The notes beneath the pieces are model-generated. The model was not told where the DNA came from, made no database searches, and worked only from the letters and a program-made list of their open reading frames with translations. DNA of 35,776 bases from a virus (lineage: Duplodnaviria > Caudoviricetes), in the IMG/VR virus record IMGVR_UViG_3300029825_000421, positions 1 through 35,776 of that record. One strand, written 5' to 3'. Shown piece by piece: positions 1 through 8,098 of the stretch. A program made the position numbers and the translations under genes. How positions within the stretch are numbered: the first letter of the stretch is position 1; every line of letters starts with the position of its first letter.

Positions 1-24
1 ATTATTATTTTCTAAATCACTCAT
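1..24 (-). CDS. 5' start of a gene leaving the window (MSDLENNN...)
   Basis: Minus-strand ATG at 24 preceded by AGAAGGGA; only 8 codons visible. Confidence 0.4.
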
Positions 25-92
25 AAGACCATTCCCTTCTATAATTTAGTATAATCTGGGTTTAGTGGATTTATACTAAATTTAGTCTTTAT

Positions 93-1163
93 TTAATCAA
101 TATATCTATTTAATACTTCAATCAATCTATCTGAATATGAGTATAAATCATCTAAAGAATTTAATTCGTATTTTGTATGAGTTTTATCTTCATTAGGTAA
201 TGTCAGTATTTTTTTTACGTTAAGAGATAACCTGCAGATCCACTTTCTTGTATTACCATCAAATAAGACTCCAAAATATGATTCAGTATCTTTATATGTA
301 ATATGTGATAAATCGATAGTATTTCTAAGAATTGATTTTATTATTGCGTATGCTTCAAGTTCTTCAACTGTAGTCAGAATTTCGTGTTTATCTTCAACAA
401 TATCATCTGTAACAGCAATTTCTTCTTTTGATGTATTATTAACTTCTGAATCTGTTCCTTTTAATGTTTCTCTGAATTTATTGCTCATGGTTTCATTTAT
501 AAATTGATTAAGCGATTTTTTAACTATTGGAATAAATTTTTCTATGATGGAGGAAGTTCTTCTGCCTTCGTAAATTTCACCTAATATATAATTAGCAAAA
601 TCTTCAGATGGTTTTTCCATTTGTTTTTTAAAAAAATCTTTTATAAGACTTGTATATTTTAATTCTGATGCTGAGTTAACAATTGCATCCACATCCAACT
701 CATCTTTTGAAAAGCCTTCTAAGTATTTAATAGAACTATCTTTTAAATCAAATAAATCAATTTCAAAAAACGGTTTCTCATCCATTTTATTTGGTTCATC
801 TAAATCAGTGAAAAATCTATATTTTATTCCATTTGTCAATACTCCAAATTTTGCTGATGATGTAGTGTAATATCTAAAAAGTTGTGATCCATGTTTATCG
901 AGGTTATCATTGCATTCTTTTGCTTCTATAAGAATTGTAGGGGTACCATTTATAAGAATAGCATAATCAACCTTTTCGCCTTTTTTTACTCCATAATCAG
1001 CATCAAATTCAGGACAAAATTCAAGTGGGTTAAATACATCATACCCTAACATTTGGAAAAATGGTAATATTAATGATTGTTTAGTTGCCTCCTCTGTTTT
1101 TATTTGATTTACCAGCGTTTCGGCTCTATCTGATAGCGCTTGTATTTTTTCTTTGATTTCCAT
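93..1163 (-). CDS. HsdR N-terminal-domain (PD-(D/E)XK) nuclease-like prophage protein
   Basis: TEEATKQSLILPF...VDYAI...ILIEAK...QLFRY...GVLTNG motifs; no helicase domain; GAGG RBS. Confidence 0.85.
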   Translation of the reverse strand: MEIKEKIQALSDRAETLVNQIKTEEATKQSLILPFFQMLGYDVFNPLEFCPEFDADYGVKKGEKVDYAILINGTPTILIEAKECNDNLDKHGSQLFRYYTTSSAKFGVLTNGIKYRFFTDLDEPNKMDEKPFFEIDLFDLKDSSIKYLEGFSKDELDVDAIVNSASELKYTSLIKDFFKKQMEKPSEDFANYILGEIYEGRRTSSIIEKFIPIVKKSLNQFINETMSNKFRETLKGTDSEVNNTSKEEIAVTDDIVEDKHEILTTVEELEAYAIIKSILRNTIDLSHITYKDTESYFGVLFDGNTRKWICRLSLNVKKILTLPNEDKTHTKYELNSLDDLYSYSDRLIEVLNRYID

Positions 1164-1219
1164 TTAACCTCATCCTTTCTCATATGTTACACATAATTAC
1201 AAAATTTTCTCAAAAGTGT

Positions 1220-1251
1220 AAAAATAAAAACTCAAAATTATAAAATTGAGT
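1220..1251 (-). terminator. Probable intrinsic terminator after the ImmA-like gene
   Basis: ACTCAA/TTGAGT stem followed on minus strand by TTTTATTTTT. Confidence 0.45.
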
Positions 1252-1254
1252 AAG

Positions 1255-1590
1255 TCACTTAATGCTATATAATTTATTAGCTACATTATCGGCAGAAAGC
1301 TCCATATATGTACACTGCATGTCCAATCCTATTATGTATCCTATGTTAGGTATATCTTCAGTGATATGTTTTATTTCATGTAAAAAGACATGACATTGAG
1401 TTTCATAATTTATATTGCCGTTTAGTATGAGATGATAATTTTGCCGCCTGCTTAAGTAAACAAAACCTAATATGCTTGCCGGAATATTAAAGGCTATAGT
1501 GGTCTTTATATTAAATGCATTCATCACCTCATAGAAAGGAATATCTTTATTTAAAAGTGATCTTAACAAGGGCTTATCCAATATGTCCAT
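1255..1590 (-). CDS. ImmA/IrrE-family metallopeptidase
   Basis: HVFLHEIKH (HExxH) with downstream E; downstream of XRE repressor; start moved to ATG 1590 after GGGG RBS. Confidence 0.8.
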   Translation of the reverse strand: MDILDKPLLRSLLNKDIPFYEVMNAFNIKTTIAFNIPASILGFVYLSRRQNYHLILNGNINYETQCHVFLHEIKHITEDIPNIGYIIGLDMQCTYMELSADNVANKLYSIK

Positions 1591-1617
1591 AATATCATCC
1601 CCCAAACATTACACAAT

Positions 1618-2019
1618 TTAGTCTCCAAAATTTTTATTGGATAAATCTTTTATAAAATCGTAAGCTTTTTCACCTTTAGTTGACGTTTTAGAAATATTTT
1701 TAATGGCTCTGTCATGCAGAGTGTAGTTCCTTTCTATTGTTTCATTTACTTCTGCAAATTTACGATCCATTTGCTCGGATAAATTTTTTTGCCACTCAAC
1801 CAATAACTGTATATCTCCACCACGTTTTTCAAGCATTACAGAATTCTTTTTAACTCCTACCTCTACAGAGCTTAATCTACCTTCAACGGAATCCATTCTA
1901 CTTTCAACTGAGCCTAATCTACTTTCAACAGAATCTATCTTTTCATTTACACCTTTAAATCCATTTTGCATTTCAGCATACATTTTAGTCATTAGATCAA
2001 ATACCTTATCTTCTTCCAT
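1618..2019 (-). CDS. Coiled-coil hypothetical protein with heptad tandem repeats
   Basis: SVESRLG-SVESRMD-SVEGRLS-SVE repeats; GAGGGGG RBS before ATG 2019. Confidence 0.75.
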   Translation of the reverse strand: MEEDKVFDLMTKMYAEMQNGFKGVNEKIDSVESRLGSVESRMDSVEGRLSSVEVGVKKNSVMLEKRGGDIQLLVEWQKNLSEQMDRKFAEVNETIERNYTLHDRAIKNISKTSTKGEKAYDFIKDLSNKNFGD

Positions 2020-2063
2020 CTTAATTCCCCCTCTCAATATATTTTATATGTATGGATATATAT

Positions 2064-2459
2064 TTATCCATCATTTCTGTCTTCCTCATCTTCGATTGCT
2101 TTTATAATCCGAATAATTTTTTTAATATCATTAGGAGACATATCTCTAGTTTGCTTAAATAGTAATTTTAAATCTTCTCTATCTTTTAGTGAATCCCAAA
2201 ACTGCGCTAATTCCGGATCATCATTTATGGATTCAGCTATTTTATCGGCGGAGTCGGTTGTATTCTTAATATTAGTATTTCCTAGAAGATAATCTATTGA
2301 AACATCAAAAATAGATGATAACAATTTTAATGTTTCAGTATCTGGTTCCCGGCTACCATTTTCATATTTGCTTATGGTTTGCTGAGTTACTCCAAGTTTT
2401 TCAGCCAATTCAGATTGGCTCATATCATGTTTTTTTCTTAATAGTGATAAGCGCTTCAT
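2064..2459 (-). CDS. CI/ImmR-like XRE-family repressor
   Basis: SQSELAEKLGVTQQTISKYENGSREP HTH; AGGAGG RBS before ATG 2459; divergent from cro. Confidence 0.93.
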   Translation of the reverse strand: MKRLSLLRKKHDMSQSELAEKLGVTQQTISKYENGSREPDTETLKLLSSIFDVSIDYLLGNTNIKNTTDSADKIAESINDDPELAQFWDSLKDREDLKLLFKQTRDMSPNDIKKIIRIIKAIEDEEDRNDG

Positions 2460-2486
2460 TTTTGCACCTCCTATCAATTTATATAC

Positions 2487-2592
2487 TACTACTATATGGC
2501 GTAAAAATAAATATACAAAAAGGCGTAATTTTATATTGACATACACCTAAAAGGCGTATATAATAAAATTAATGAAACACCAAAAAGGCGTA
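2487..2592. promoter_or_regulatory. Operator cluster of the lysis/lysogeny switch (17-bp TACRCC-N5-GGCGTA-like sites)
   Basis: Sites at 2487-2503, 2511-2527, 2542-2558, 2576-2592, all ending GGCGTA. Confidence 0.8.
2536..2564 (+). promoter_or_regulatory. Lytic early promoter (sigma-A consensus)
   Basis: TTGACA-17 nt-TATAAT upstream of cro. Confidence 0.9.
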
Positions 2593-2615
2593 CAAACGAA
2601 GGGAGGCTTGCTTAT

Positions 2616-2858
2616 ATGAAAAGGCAAAATTTAATAGATGCACGAGGGAATAAAAGTCAATTAAATGTTTCAAAAATATTAGGTATTTCACAAAAATATT
2701 TAAGTAAAATAGAATTGGGTCAGAGAACACCAAGCGCACCACTTTTAGCAAAAATTTCATATTATTATCAACAACCGTTAGAAGCGTTGTTCCCAGATAT
2801 TTTTTTAAATAAAAATACGCCAAAACGTCGTATAAATAATCAAAAACAGATCATTTAA
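2616..2858 (+). CDS. Cro-like HTH regulator
   Basis: SQLNVSKILGISQKYLSKIELGQRTPS HTH; first rightward gene; GGGAGG RBS. Confidence 0.9.
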   Translation: MKRQNLIDARGNKSQLNVSKILGISQKYLSKIELGQRTPSAPLLAKISYYYQQPLEALFPDIFLNKNTPKRRINNQKQII

Positions 2859-2898
2859 TGCCATAATCTAATTCTACCAGTAAAAGGAAGTGATTTGA

Positions 2899-3345
2899 AT
2901 GGACAAAGAGTGCAGAAATATCTACCAAATAGCGAGGGAAAGTGCAGGCTTGACCCAAGAAAAAGCATCAGAACTAATGGACATATGTGTTGAAAGCTTA
3001 AGGGCTTATGAGGGGGGAAGAAGAATACCGCCGGACCGTATAGTTATCAAGATGATAGAAATTTATAATACACAGTATCTTGCATATCAACATCTGAAGA
3101 CAAGTGCTGAAGTTGGTCAGAGATATCTACCAAATATAGAAATTAAAGATTTACCAGCATCAATATTAAAGCTACACACAGAAATTAAGGATTATATCGA
3201 TCGTGAAGATCTACTTATGGAAATTGGTTCTGATGGAAAAGTGTCAGAAGGTGAAGCACGTGACTTCAAAAGAATTTGTAAAGAAGTTGACGATATACTT
3301 GAAGCAATTTATACATTTAAATTTTCTAAACAAAAATCTGAGTAA
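2899..3345 (+). CDS. XRE-HTH phage regulator (CII position)
   Basis: ARESAGLTQEKASELMDICVESLRAYEGGRRIP HTH. Confidence 0.8.
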   Translation: MDKECRNIYQIARESAGLTQEKASELMDICVESLRAYEGGRRIPPDRIVIKMIEIYNTQYLAYQHLKTSAEVGQRYLPNIEIKDLPASILKLHTEIKDYIDREDLLMEIGSDGKVSEGEARDFKRICKEVDDILEAIYTFKFSKQKSE

Positions 3346-3363
3346 AAGAGAGGAGCGAAAGAG

Positions 3364-3606
3364 TTGGATGAGCTTATTCTCAAAGAACTTGAAGATATAA
3401 AAAACTTGGTAAGTAGGCAGACAGAACCTAAACAATTATTTGGTGTTATAGAATTTGCTGAATTGGCAGGTATGAAGCCAAGGAGGGTTAGGGAATTATG
3501 TAATGTCAAAGGTTTTCCATGTACTAGAGATGAAAGAAAAATATACGTTCACAGAGAGGCTTTTGACTGGATTAAAAAAAGACGGGAATTACCACAGGAT
3601 AATTGA
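3364..3606 (+). CDS. Excisionase-like winged HTH protein
   Basis: EFAELAGM..RRVRELC...GFPC...RKIYVHREAFDWI pattern. Confidence 0.65.
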   Translation: MDELILKELEDIKNLVSRQTEPKQLFGVIEFAELAGMKPRRVRELCNVKGFPCTRDERKIYVHREAFDWIKKRRELPQDN

Positions 3607-3623
3607 AAATAGGAGGGATGAAG

Positions 3624-3926
3624 TTGAGTAACTTGATAACAAAACAAGTAAATTTTCATGGAGACAATTTAATGGCTGCTAAAGATAAAAACACAGGAAA
3701 GATTTATACGGGAGTTAGTTATATTTGCAGAGGTATTGGATTAACTAAAGATCAAAAAGATAGACAAGTCAAGAATGTTCAATCAGATTTAGTTCTAAAT
3801 AGAGGGTGCGTCAAATTTGGGGCAGGGGTATTTGACCTAAATAATCCAACGCTTGCAATGGATATAGACTTTTTACCTCTATGGTTAGCAAAAATTTCAA
3901 TAACGCCTAAGAAGAACTTGAAATAA
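3624..3926 (+). CDS. P22 antirepressor N-terminal-domain protein, apparently truncated
   Basis: KQVNFHGDNL...ICRGIGL...FLPLWLAKI; stops right after the domain; TTG start after AGGAGGG. Confidence 0.7.
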   Translation: MSNLITKQVNFHGDNLMAAKDKNTGKIYTGVSYICRGIGLTKDQKDRQVKNVQSDLVLNRGCVKFGAGVFDLNNPTLAMDIDFLPLWLAKISITPKKNLK

Positions 3927-3946
3927 ATAGAAAGGAGGGATAAGAC

Positions 3947-4735
3947 TTGAGTAATATAATGCCCATGGAATTTAAGAATCAGAGAATTATGACTACTAAG
4001 GTTTTGGCTGAACAATATGGAACAAATGAACAAAACATAAGTAAAAACTTCACTAGAAATTCAGAAAGATTTGTAGAAGGTAAACATTATTTTAAATTGG
4101 AAGGTGAGGAATTAAAGGAATTTAAAGGGTATGTACTAAATGACGAAAGCCTAAAATTTGTATCTATTTTATATTTATGGACAGACAGGGGAGCAGCGAG
4201 ACATGCAAAAATTTTAGATACTGACGAAGCATGGGATATATATGAGGAGTTAGAAGAAACTTATTTCAGGGTTAAGGAAAGTAAACCAACATGCATAGAA
4301 GATGTTTTGATTCAGTCACTTCAAGAAATGAAGGACATGCGCTTACAGATTGAGGAAGCCAAGAAACAAACAATTGAAGTAAAAGAAGAAGTGCAGGATA
4401 TAAGAAATGTAATTACATTGAATCCACAAGCAGCGTGGCGCCGAGAGTGTAATAGGATTTTAAATGCTATAGGAAGAGAACTTGGAGATTATAAGGCTCC
4501 AAAGGATCAGGTGTATGAAGCTCTGAAAGTAAGGGGTAAATGCAGACCCAATGTATTGATCGTAAATCTTAAGAAAAGAGCTAAAGAAAATGGCATGGCT
4601 CCAAGTAAAATAGAAAAATTAAACATACTTGATGTGCTGGAAAATGAGCCAAGGCTTAAAGAAATATATGTAACTATAGTAAAGGAAATGGCCATTAAAA
4701 ATGGAGTAAGGATAAGGGAGGAGGTTGCAATATAA
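3947..4735 (+). CDS. ORF6N-domain antirepressor-like protein
   Basis: RIMTTKVLAEQYG...ERFVEGKHYFKLEGEELKEFK...LYLWTDRGAARHAKILDTDEAW. Confidence 0.9.
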   Translation: MSNIMPMEFKNQRIMTTKVLAEQYGTNEQNISKNFTRNSERFVEGKHYFKLEGEELKEFKGYVLNDESLKFVSILYLWTDRGAARHAKILDTDEAWDIYEELEETYFRVKESKPTCIEDVLIQSLQEMKDMRLQIEEAKKQTIEVKEEVQDIRNVITLNPQAAWRRECNRILNAIGRELGDYKAPKDQVYEALKVRGKCRPNVLIVNLKKRAKENGMAPSKIEKLNILDVLENEPRLKEIYVTIVKEMAIKNGVRIREEVAI

Positions 4736-4948
4736 ATGACCAACTCAAGGAAAATTAAAATTGGTGTATTTGCAGGAGCACAGGTAACACGCAGGGAATT
4801 GGCTCAGGCTATTGTACAGGAGTTGTGTTACCCGCATGAAAATATTGATTACTACACTGATAATTTAGGGAGTCTACCCCTAGATGAATATTCAGAGGAA
4901 TTGAAGAATATGGAACGACCATGTAGGAGGAGGAAAGTAAATGTTTGA
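4736..4948 (+). CDS. Hypothetical protein
   Basis: ORF in operon, GGAGG RBS. Confidence 0.6.
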   Translation: MTNSRKIKIGVFAGAQVTRRELAQAIVQELCYPHENIDYYTDNLGSLPLDEYSEELKNMERPCRRRKVNV

Positions 4949-5150
4949 TGCCACTGAGGTAAAAGGATATAACAAGCTAAATAATGACGATAAGGAGCTT
5001 TTCAAAAGGTTTTGTAAAAAGTTTTATGATGCATGGGAATATCCAGAGAAGCATAAACCGGTAAAAGTGCAAAAAATGAAGGGGTATTTGAAGGTGACTT
5101 TGGTTGATGTTAGCTGGTTGCATATTACTAAGGATTGTGAGTGGTATTAG
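4941..5150 (+). CDS. Hypothetical protein
   Basis: ORF in operon, AGGAGG RBS. Confidence 0.7.
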   Translation: MFDATEVKGYNKLNNDDKELFKRFCKKFYDAWEYPEKHKPVKVQKMKGYLKVTLVDVSWLHITKDCEWY

Positions 5151-5183
5151 GTATGGAGAGGGAGAGGAGGAAGAGAGCGACAA

Positions 5184-5312
5184 GTGGTGAAGAAATTTAC
5201 ATTAACAATACCGGCAGAATTATTAAACCAAGTGAGAAAAAAGGCTAATAGAAAAGGAATGTCTGTGAATGAATACATTCTCTTAATAATTAGCCAAGGA
5301 CTATGTATTTAG
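5184..5312 (+). CDS. Small ribbon-helix-helix protein (42 aa; not in ORF track)
   Basis: MVKKFTLTIPAELLNQVRKKANRKGMSVNEYILLIISQGLCI; purine-rich RBS. Confidence 0.7.
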   Translation: MVKKFTLTIPAELLNQVRKKANRKGMSVNEYILLIISQGLCI

Positions 5313-5458
5313 ATATCCTTATTTTTTTCAATATGCTCTTTTATAAGCATTTCAATTTCTTTATTGACAGAACGACCATGATTTTCTGCTATAACACGAA
5401 GCTTCTGTAGTAATTCAATTGGAATTCTTAGAGTAAACTTTGACAATTGAGAAGCCAT
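5309..5458 (-). CDS. Arc/Mnt-family ribbon-helix-helix repressor (49 aa; not in ORF track)
   Basis: MASQLSKFTLRIPIELLQKLRVIAENHGRSVNKEIEMLIKEHIEKNKDI; AAGGAGGT RBS. Confidence 0.88.
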   Translation of the reverse strand: MASQLSKFTLRIPIELLQKLRVIAENHGRSVNKEIEMLIKEHIEKNKDI

Positions 5459-5474
5459 GAAGTATATACCTCCT

Positions 5475-5589
5475 TTGCCATCAATATGACACCATAACTA
5501 TAACATATTTTAAAAACAAAATAAATACTTGACGGCATATTGACGGCATGATAATATAATTATAGGAGGTGACGGCTAAATGGTGGCAA
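5475..5589. promoter_or_regulatory. Operators/divergent promoter region between RHH genes
   Basis: Three 21-bp sites of tandem TGAYGGCA-like half-sites (5475-5495 inverted, 5529-5549, 5569-5589); TTGACG-17-TAATAT at 5529-5557. Confidence 0.7.
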
Positions 5590-5723
5590 AACAAAGAATC
5601 ACAATAAGGATGCCTGAGAAGCTAAATTTGGAACTTTCTAATAAAGCAAAAGAAATAGGAATAAGTAAAAATTCATTAGTTCTGCAAATATTGTGGAAGA
5701 AAGTAAAGGAGGAAAAAGTATGA
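5580..5723 (+). CDS. Arc-like ribbon-helix-helix protein (47 aa; not in ORF track)
   Basis: MVAKQRITIRMPEKLNLELSNKAKEIGISKNSLVLQILWKKVKEEKV; AGGAGGT RBS; ATGA overlap with next gene. Confidence 0.82.
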   Translation: MVAKQRITIRMPEKLNLELSNKAKEIGISKNSLVLQILWKKVKEEKV

Positions 5724-6514
5724 ACAATAAAGCTATTAGGATGTTTGAAGGACAGGAAATAAAAGTAACGACAGATAAAGGAACTACACTGATAAATTTA
5801 GCTTGTACAGCTAGGGTATGCGGATTAACTAAAATAGCTAAAAGTGGCAACCAAACTGTTAGATGGACAGATAAAGGAGTTGCAGAAAAATTAAAAATTA
5901 TTCATTCCACCAATGTGGAACGCCATATAAAGGAGGAAATAGTTTTCATTTTAGATGAAATAGAAAATGCAGATGATAGAAATTCTATTTATATATCAAG
6001 TTGGTTAAGTAAGAGATTGGCAATAGAGTGTCATAGTGACAAGGCTATGAAGTATAAAAACTTCTTAGTTACCTTGGATGAAGATTTTCAAAATGGAAAA
6101 TTATTCACAAGGGATAATACTGAACTGGAACTTATAAACAAGCAGTTTAATCTTCTGATTAAGAAAACCACAGAACATGACAATGAATTAGAAGATCATA
6201 ACAACAGAATACAGAAAATGGAAAATAACATGACAATAGACCATGCACAACAGGAAAAATTGAATAGATATGGCAGAGCTAAAGTAGTTGAAGTTTTAGG
6301 TGGTAAAGGTACTAATGCCTATGAAAAATTAAAAGGTAGGGCATTTTCAAAGTTCTGGAATGGGTATAAGAGGTGTTTTGGGGTTAGTAGTTATAAGGAC
6401 ACATCGGTTAAAGATATGGATAAAGCATATGCCTTTATAGATAGTTGGACACCAGATGAAGAATTTGGACTTGCTATACGTGGTGCCAATGCACAGATAA
6501 GTATAGTTAAATAA
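5720..6514 (+). CDS. Antirepressor-like protein with C-terminal ORF6C domain
   Basis: MTIDHAQQ..VVEVLGGKGTNAY...FGVSSYKDT...AYAFIDSW; start moved to ATG 5720 after AGGAGG. Confidence 0.82.
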   Translation: MNNKAIRMFEGQEIKVTTDKGTTLINLACTARVCGLTKIAKSGNQTVRWTDKGVAEKLKIIHSTNVERHIKEEIVFILDEIENADDRNSIYISSWLSKRLAIECHSDKAMKYKNFLVTLDEDFQNGKLFTRDNTELELINKQFNLLIKKTTEHDNELEDHNNRIQKMENNMTIDHAQQEKLNRYGRAKVVEVLGGKGTNAYEKLKGRAFSKFWNGYKRCFGVSSYKDTSVKDMDKAYAFIDSWTPDEEFGLAIRGANAQISIVK

Positions 6515-6538
6515 GGGTTTTGGAGAGGAGGAAGAACA

Positions 6539-6793
6539 GTGAAGGAAAATTGGTATGCACTTCTAATAGCTTCACAACGTCCAGTTGGTGTAGAACAGGC
6601 TTTTAGAATGATGAATGGGGATTCAATAGGAAGGAAGAAGAAATATTCCAAATTCACACAAGATGATATTGAATATATGAAAAATCTCAAAAGTGAAGGA
6701 TACACATATAAGCAGATCGGAGAAGTATATGGCATATCAGAACATGCTGTACGTTTAAGAATTTATAGAAGAAAGCAGGTGGAAATAGCATGA
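6539..6793 (+). CDS. Small HTH protein
   Basis: EGYTYKQIGEVYGISEHAVRLRI. Confidence 0.7.
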   Translation: MKENWYALLIASQRPVGVEQAFRMMNGDSIGRKKKYSKFTQDDIEYMKNLKSEGYTYKQIGEVYGISEHAVRLRIYRRKQVEIA

Positions 6794-6969
6794 TAAAACA
6801 ATTATTTCAAGATTCCGATATTCAAGTGACTGACCAAGAGTTCAAAGAAATAATGCAAATTACCACAGACGACATAAGGGAAAACAGGGTTAAGTTCGGT
6901 AAAAAGACAAGCCTGGAGCAGATGTTTATTATAGCAAAGAGAAGTTTAAAAGTGATGATGAGTGCTTGA
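6790..6969 (+). CDS. Hypothetical protein (59 aa; not in ORF track)
   Basis: MIKQLFQDSDIQVTDQEF...; ATGA overlap, AGGTGG RBS. Confidence 0.65.
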   Translation: MIKQLFQDSDIQVTDQEFKEIMQITTDDIRENRVKFGKKTSLEQMFIIAKRSLKVMMSA

Positions 6970-6982
6970 AGGAGGCCAATAG

Positions 6983-7132
6983 ATGAGAGATAAGAAGTTT
7001 GTGAAGCTGCAGAAGGAAAACAAAAATCTAAAAGCACTTTTAGAAGAAAGCTTTGATTTTATAGAATTCTACAGAGAAAGAGCAAGGTACTTGGAAGGTG
7101 TGTACAAGCAGTTGGATATTAAGAAGGATTAG
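6983..7132 (+). CDS. Hypothetical protein (49 aa; not in ORF track)
   Basis: MRDKKFVKLQKENKNLKALLEE...; AAGGAGG RBS. Confidence 0.65.
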   Translation: MRDKKFVKLQKENKNLKALLEESFDFIEFYRERARYLEGVYKQLDIKKD

Positions 7133-7145
7133 GAGGTTGGAGTAG

Positions 7146-7493
7146 ATGCAAAGAAAAATTGAATTCAGATGCTGGGATAAATGGACAAAACAAATGTTAC
7201 CAGTGTTAAGTATAGATTGCAAGGAAACTTATTCTTCGGAAAGAGGAAATATCGTATTAATGCAGTACACAGGATTGAAAGACAAAAATGGTGTAGAAAT
7301 TTATGAGGGCGATATAGTAACAGATGGCATAATTAATTACGTTGTTGCTTTTTATATGGGCTCATGGCGTTTAAAACGAAATATAAAGGGTGACACATGG
7401 TGGAAATCTTTATACAGATATATTACAAACTATAAGTATAAAGTTATTGGTAACATTTATGCTAACCCAGAGCTTTTAAAAGAAGGTGAGTAA
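7146..7493 (+). CDS. YopX-family phage protein
   Basis: EFRCWDK...LMQYTGLKDKNGVEIYEGDIV...VIGNIYANPELL. Confidence 0.93.
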   Translation: MQRKIEFRCWDKWTKQMLPVLSIDCKETYSSERGNIVLMQYTGLKDKNGVEIYEGDIVTDGIINYVVAFYMGSWRLKRNIKGDTWWKSLYRYITNYKYKVIGNIYANPELLKEGE

Positions 7494-7494
7494 C

Positions 7495-7635
7495 ATGGAT
7501 GCACTTACAGAAAAGAAACTTAGAGAGTGCGAACTGGATAACAATGGAGAACTTTATGATCCGGTATCTGGGGAAACTTTTAAAGATATTGATGTGCTGA
7601 CAGATGAAGAAGTAAAAATATTTGTGGAGGGATAG
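7495..7635 (+). CDS. Hypothetical acidic protein (46 aa; not in ORF track)
   Basis: MDALTEKKLRECELDNNGELYDPVSGETF...; AAGGTG RBS. Confidence 0.6.
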   Translation: MDALTEKKLRECELDNNGELYDPVSGETFKDIDVLTDEEVKIFVEG

Positions 7636-7638
7636 AAT

Positions 7639-7917
7639 ATGTGGATTAGATCACAAGACAAGAAAAGGCTTATAGATGCTGAGATGATAGAGATTTGTGA
7701 TAATAGGATTTTTGTCAGTGAATTACCAAGTGAAATGATAACATCAGGTATTTGCGTTGGAAAGTATGGGAGTGAAGAGAGGGCTGTTGAGGTATTGGAT
7801 GGGATACAGAATGCTTTAGACACATATATAAATGATAAAAATTTCAATTTAGCTCTTACTAACGCGCCTGACACAGCAACATCATTATATCCGATATTTC
7901 AAATGCCAGAGAAATAA
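7639..7917 (+). CDS. Hypothetical phage protein
   Basis: MWIRSQDK...GKYGSEERAVEVLDGI...FQMP; GGAGG RBS. Confidence 0.75.
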   Translation: MWIRSQDKKRLIDAEMIEICDNRIFVSELPSEMITSGICVGKYGSEERAVEVLDGIQNALDTYINDKNFNLALTNAPDTATSLYPIFQMPEK

Positions 7918-7995
7918 AAAAAGAGCTCTTACAAAAAGAGCCAATGAATAATTAATCATTATCCCCATTCTAACGCAGAATGGGGGAAAAATCAA
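7912..7995 (-). ncRNA. Candidate short antisense RNA unit (promoter plus terminator)
   Basis: Minus strand TTGATT-17-TAGAAT (7995-7967), then GCTCTT/AAGAGC hairpin and T-tract about 45 nt downstream. Confidence 0.45.
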
Positions 7996-8098
7996 ATATG
8001 GGAGAGAATGATATATGATTTCTTTATATATTATGTAGCAGTGTAATTTATGTGAGTAGTATTTATTACTTCTATAGAAAAAAGTAAATATGTAGGAG

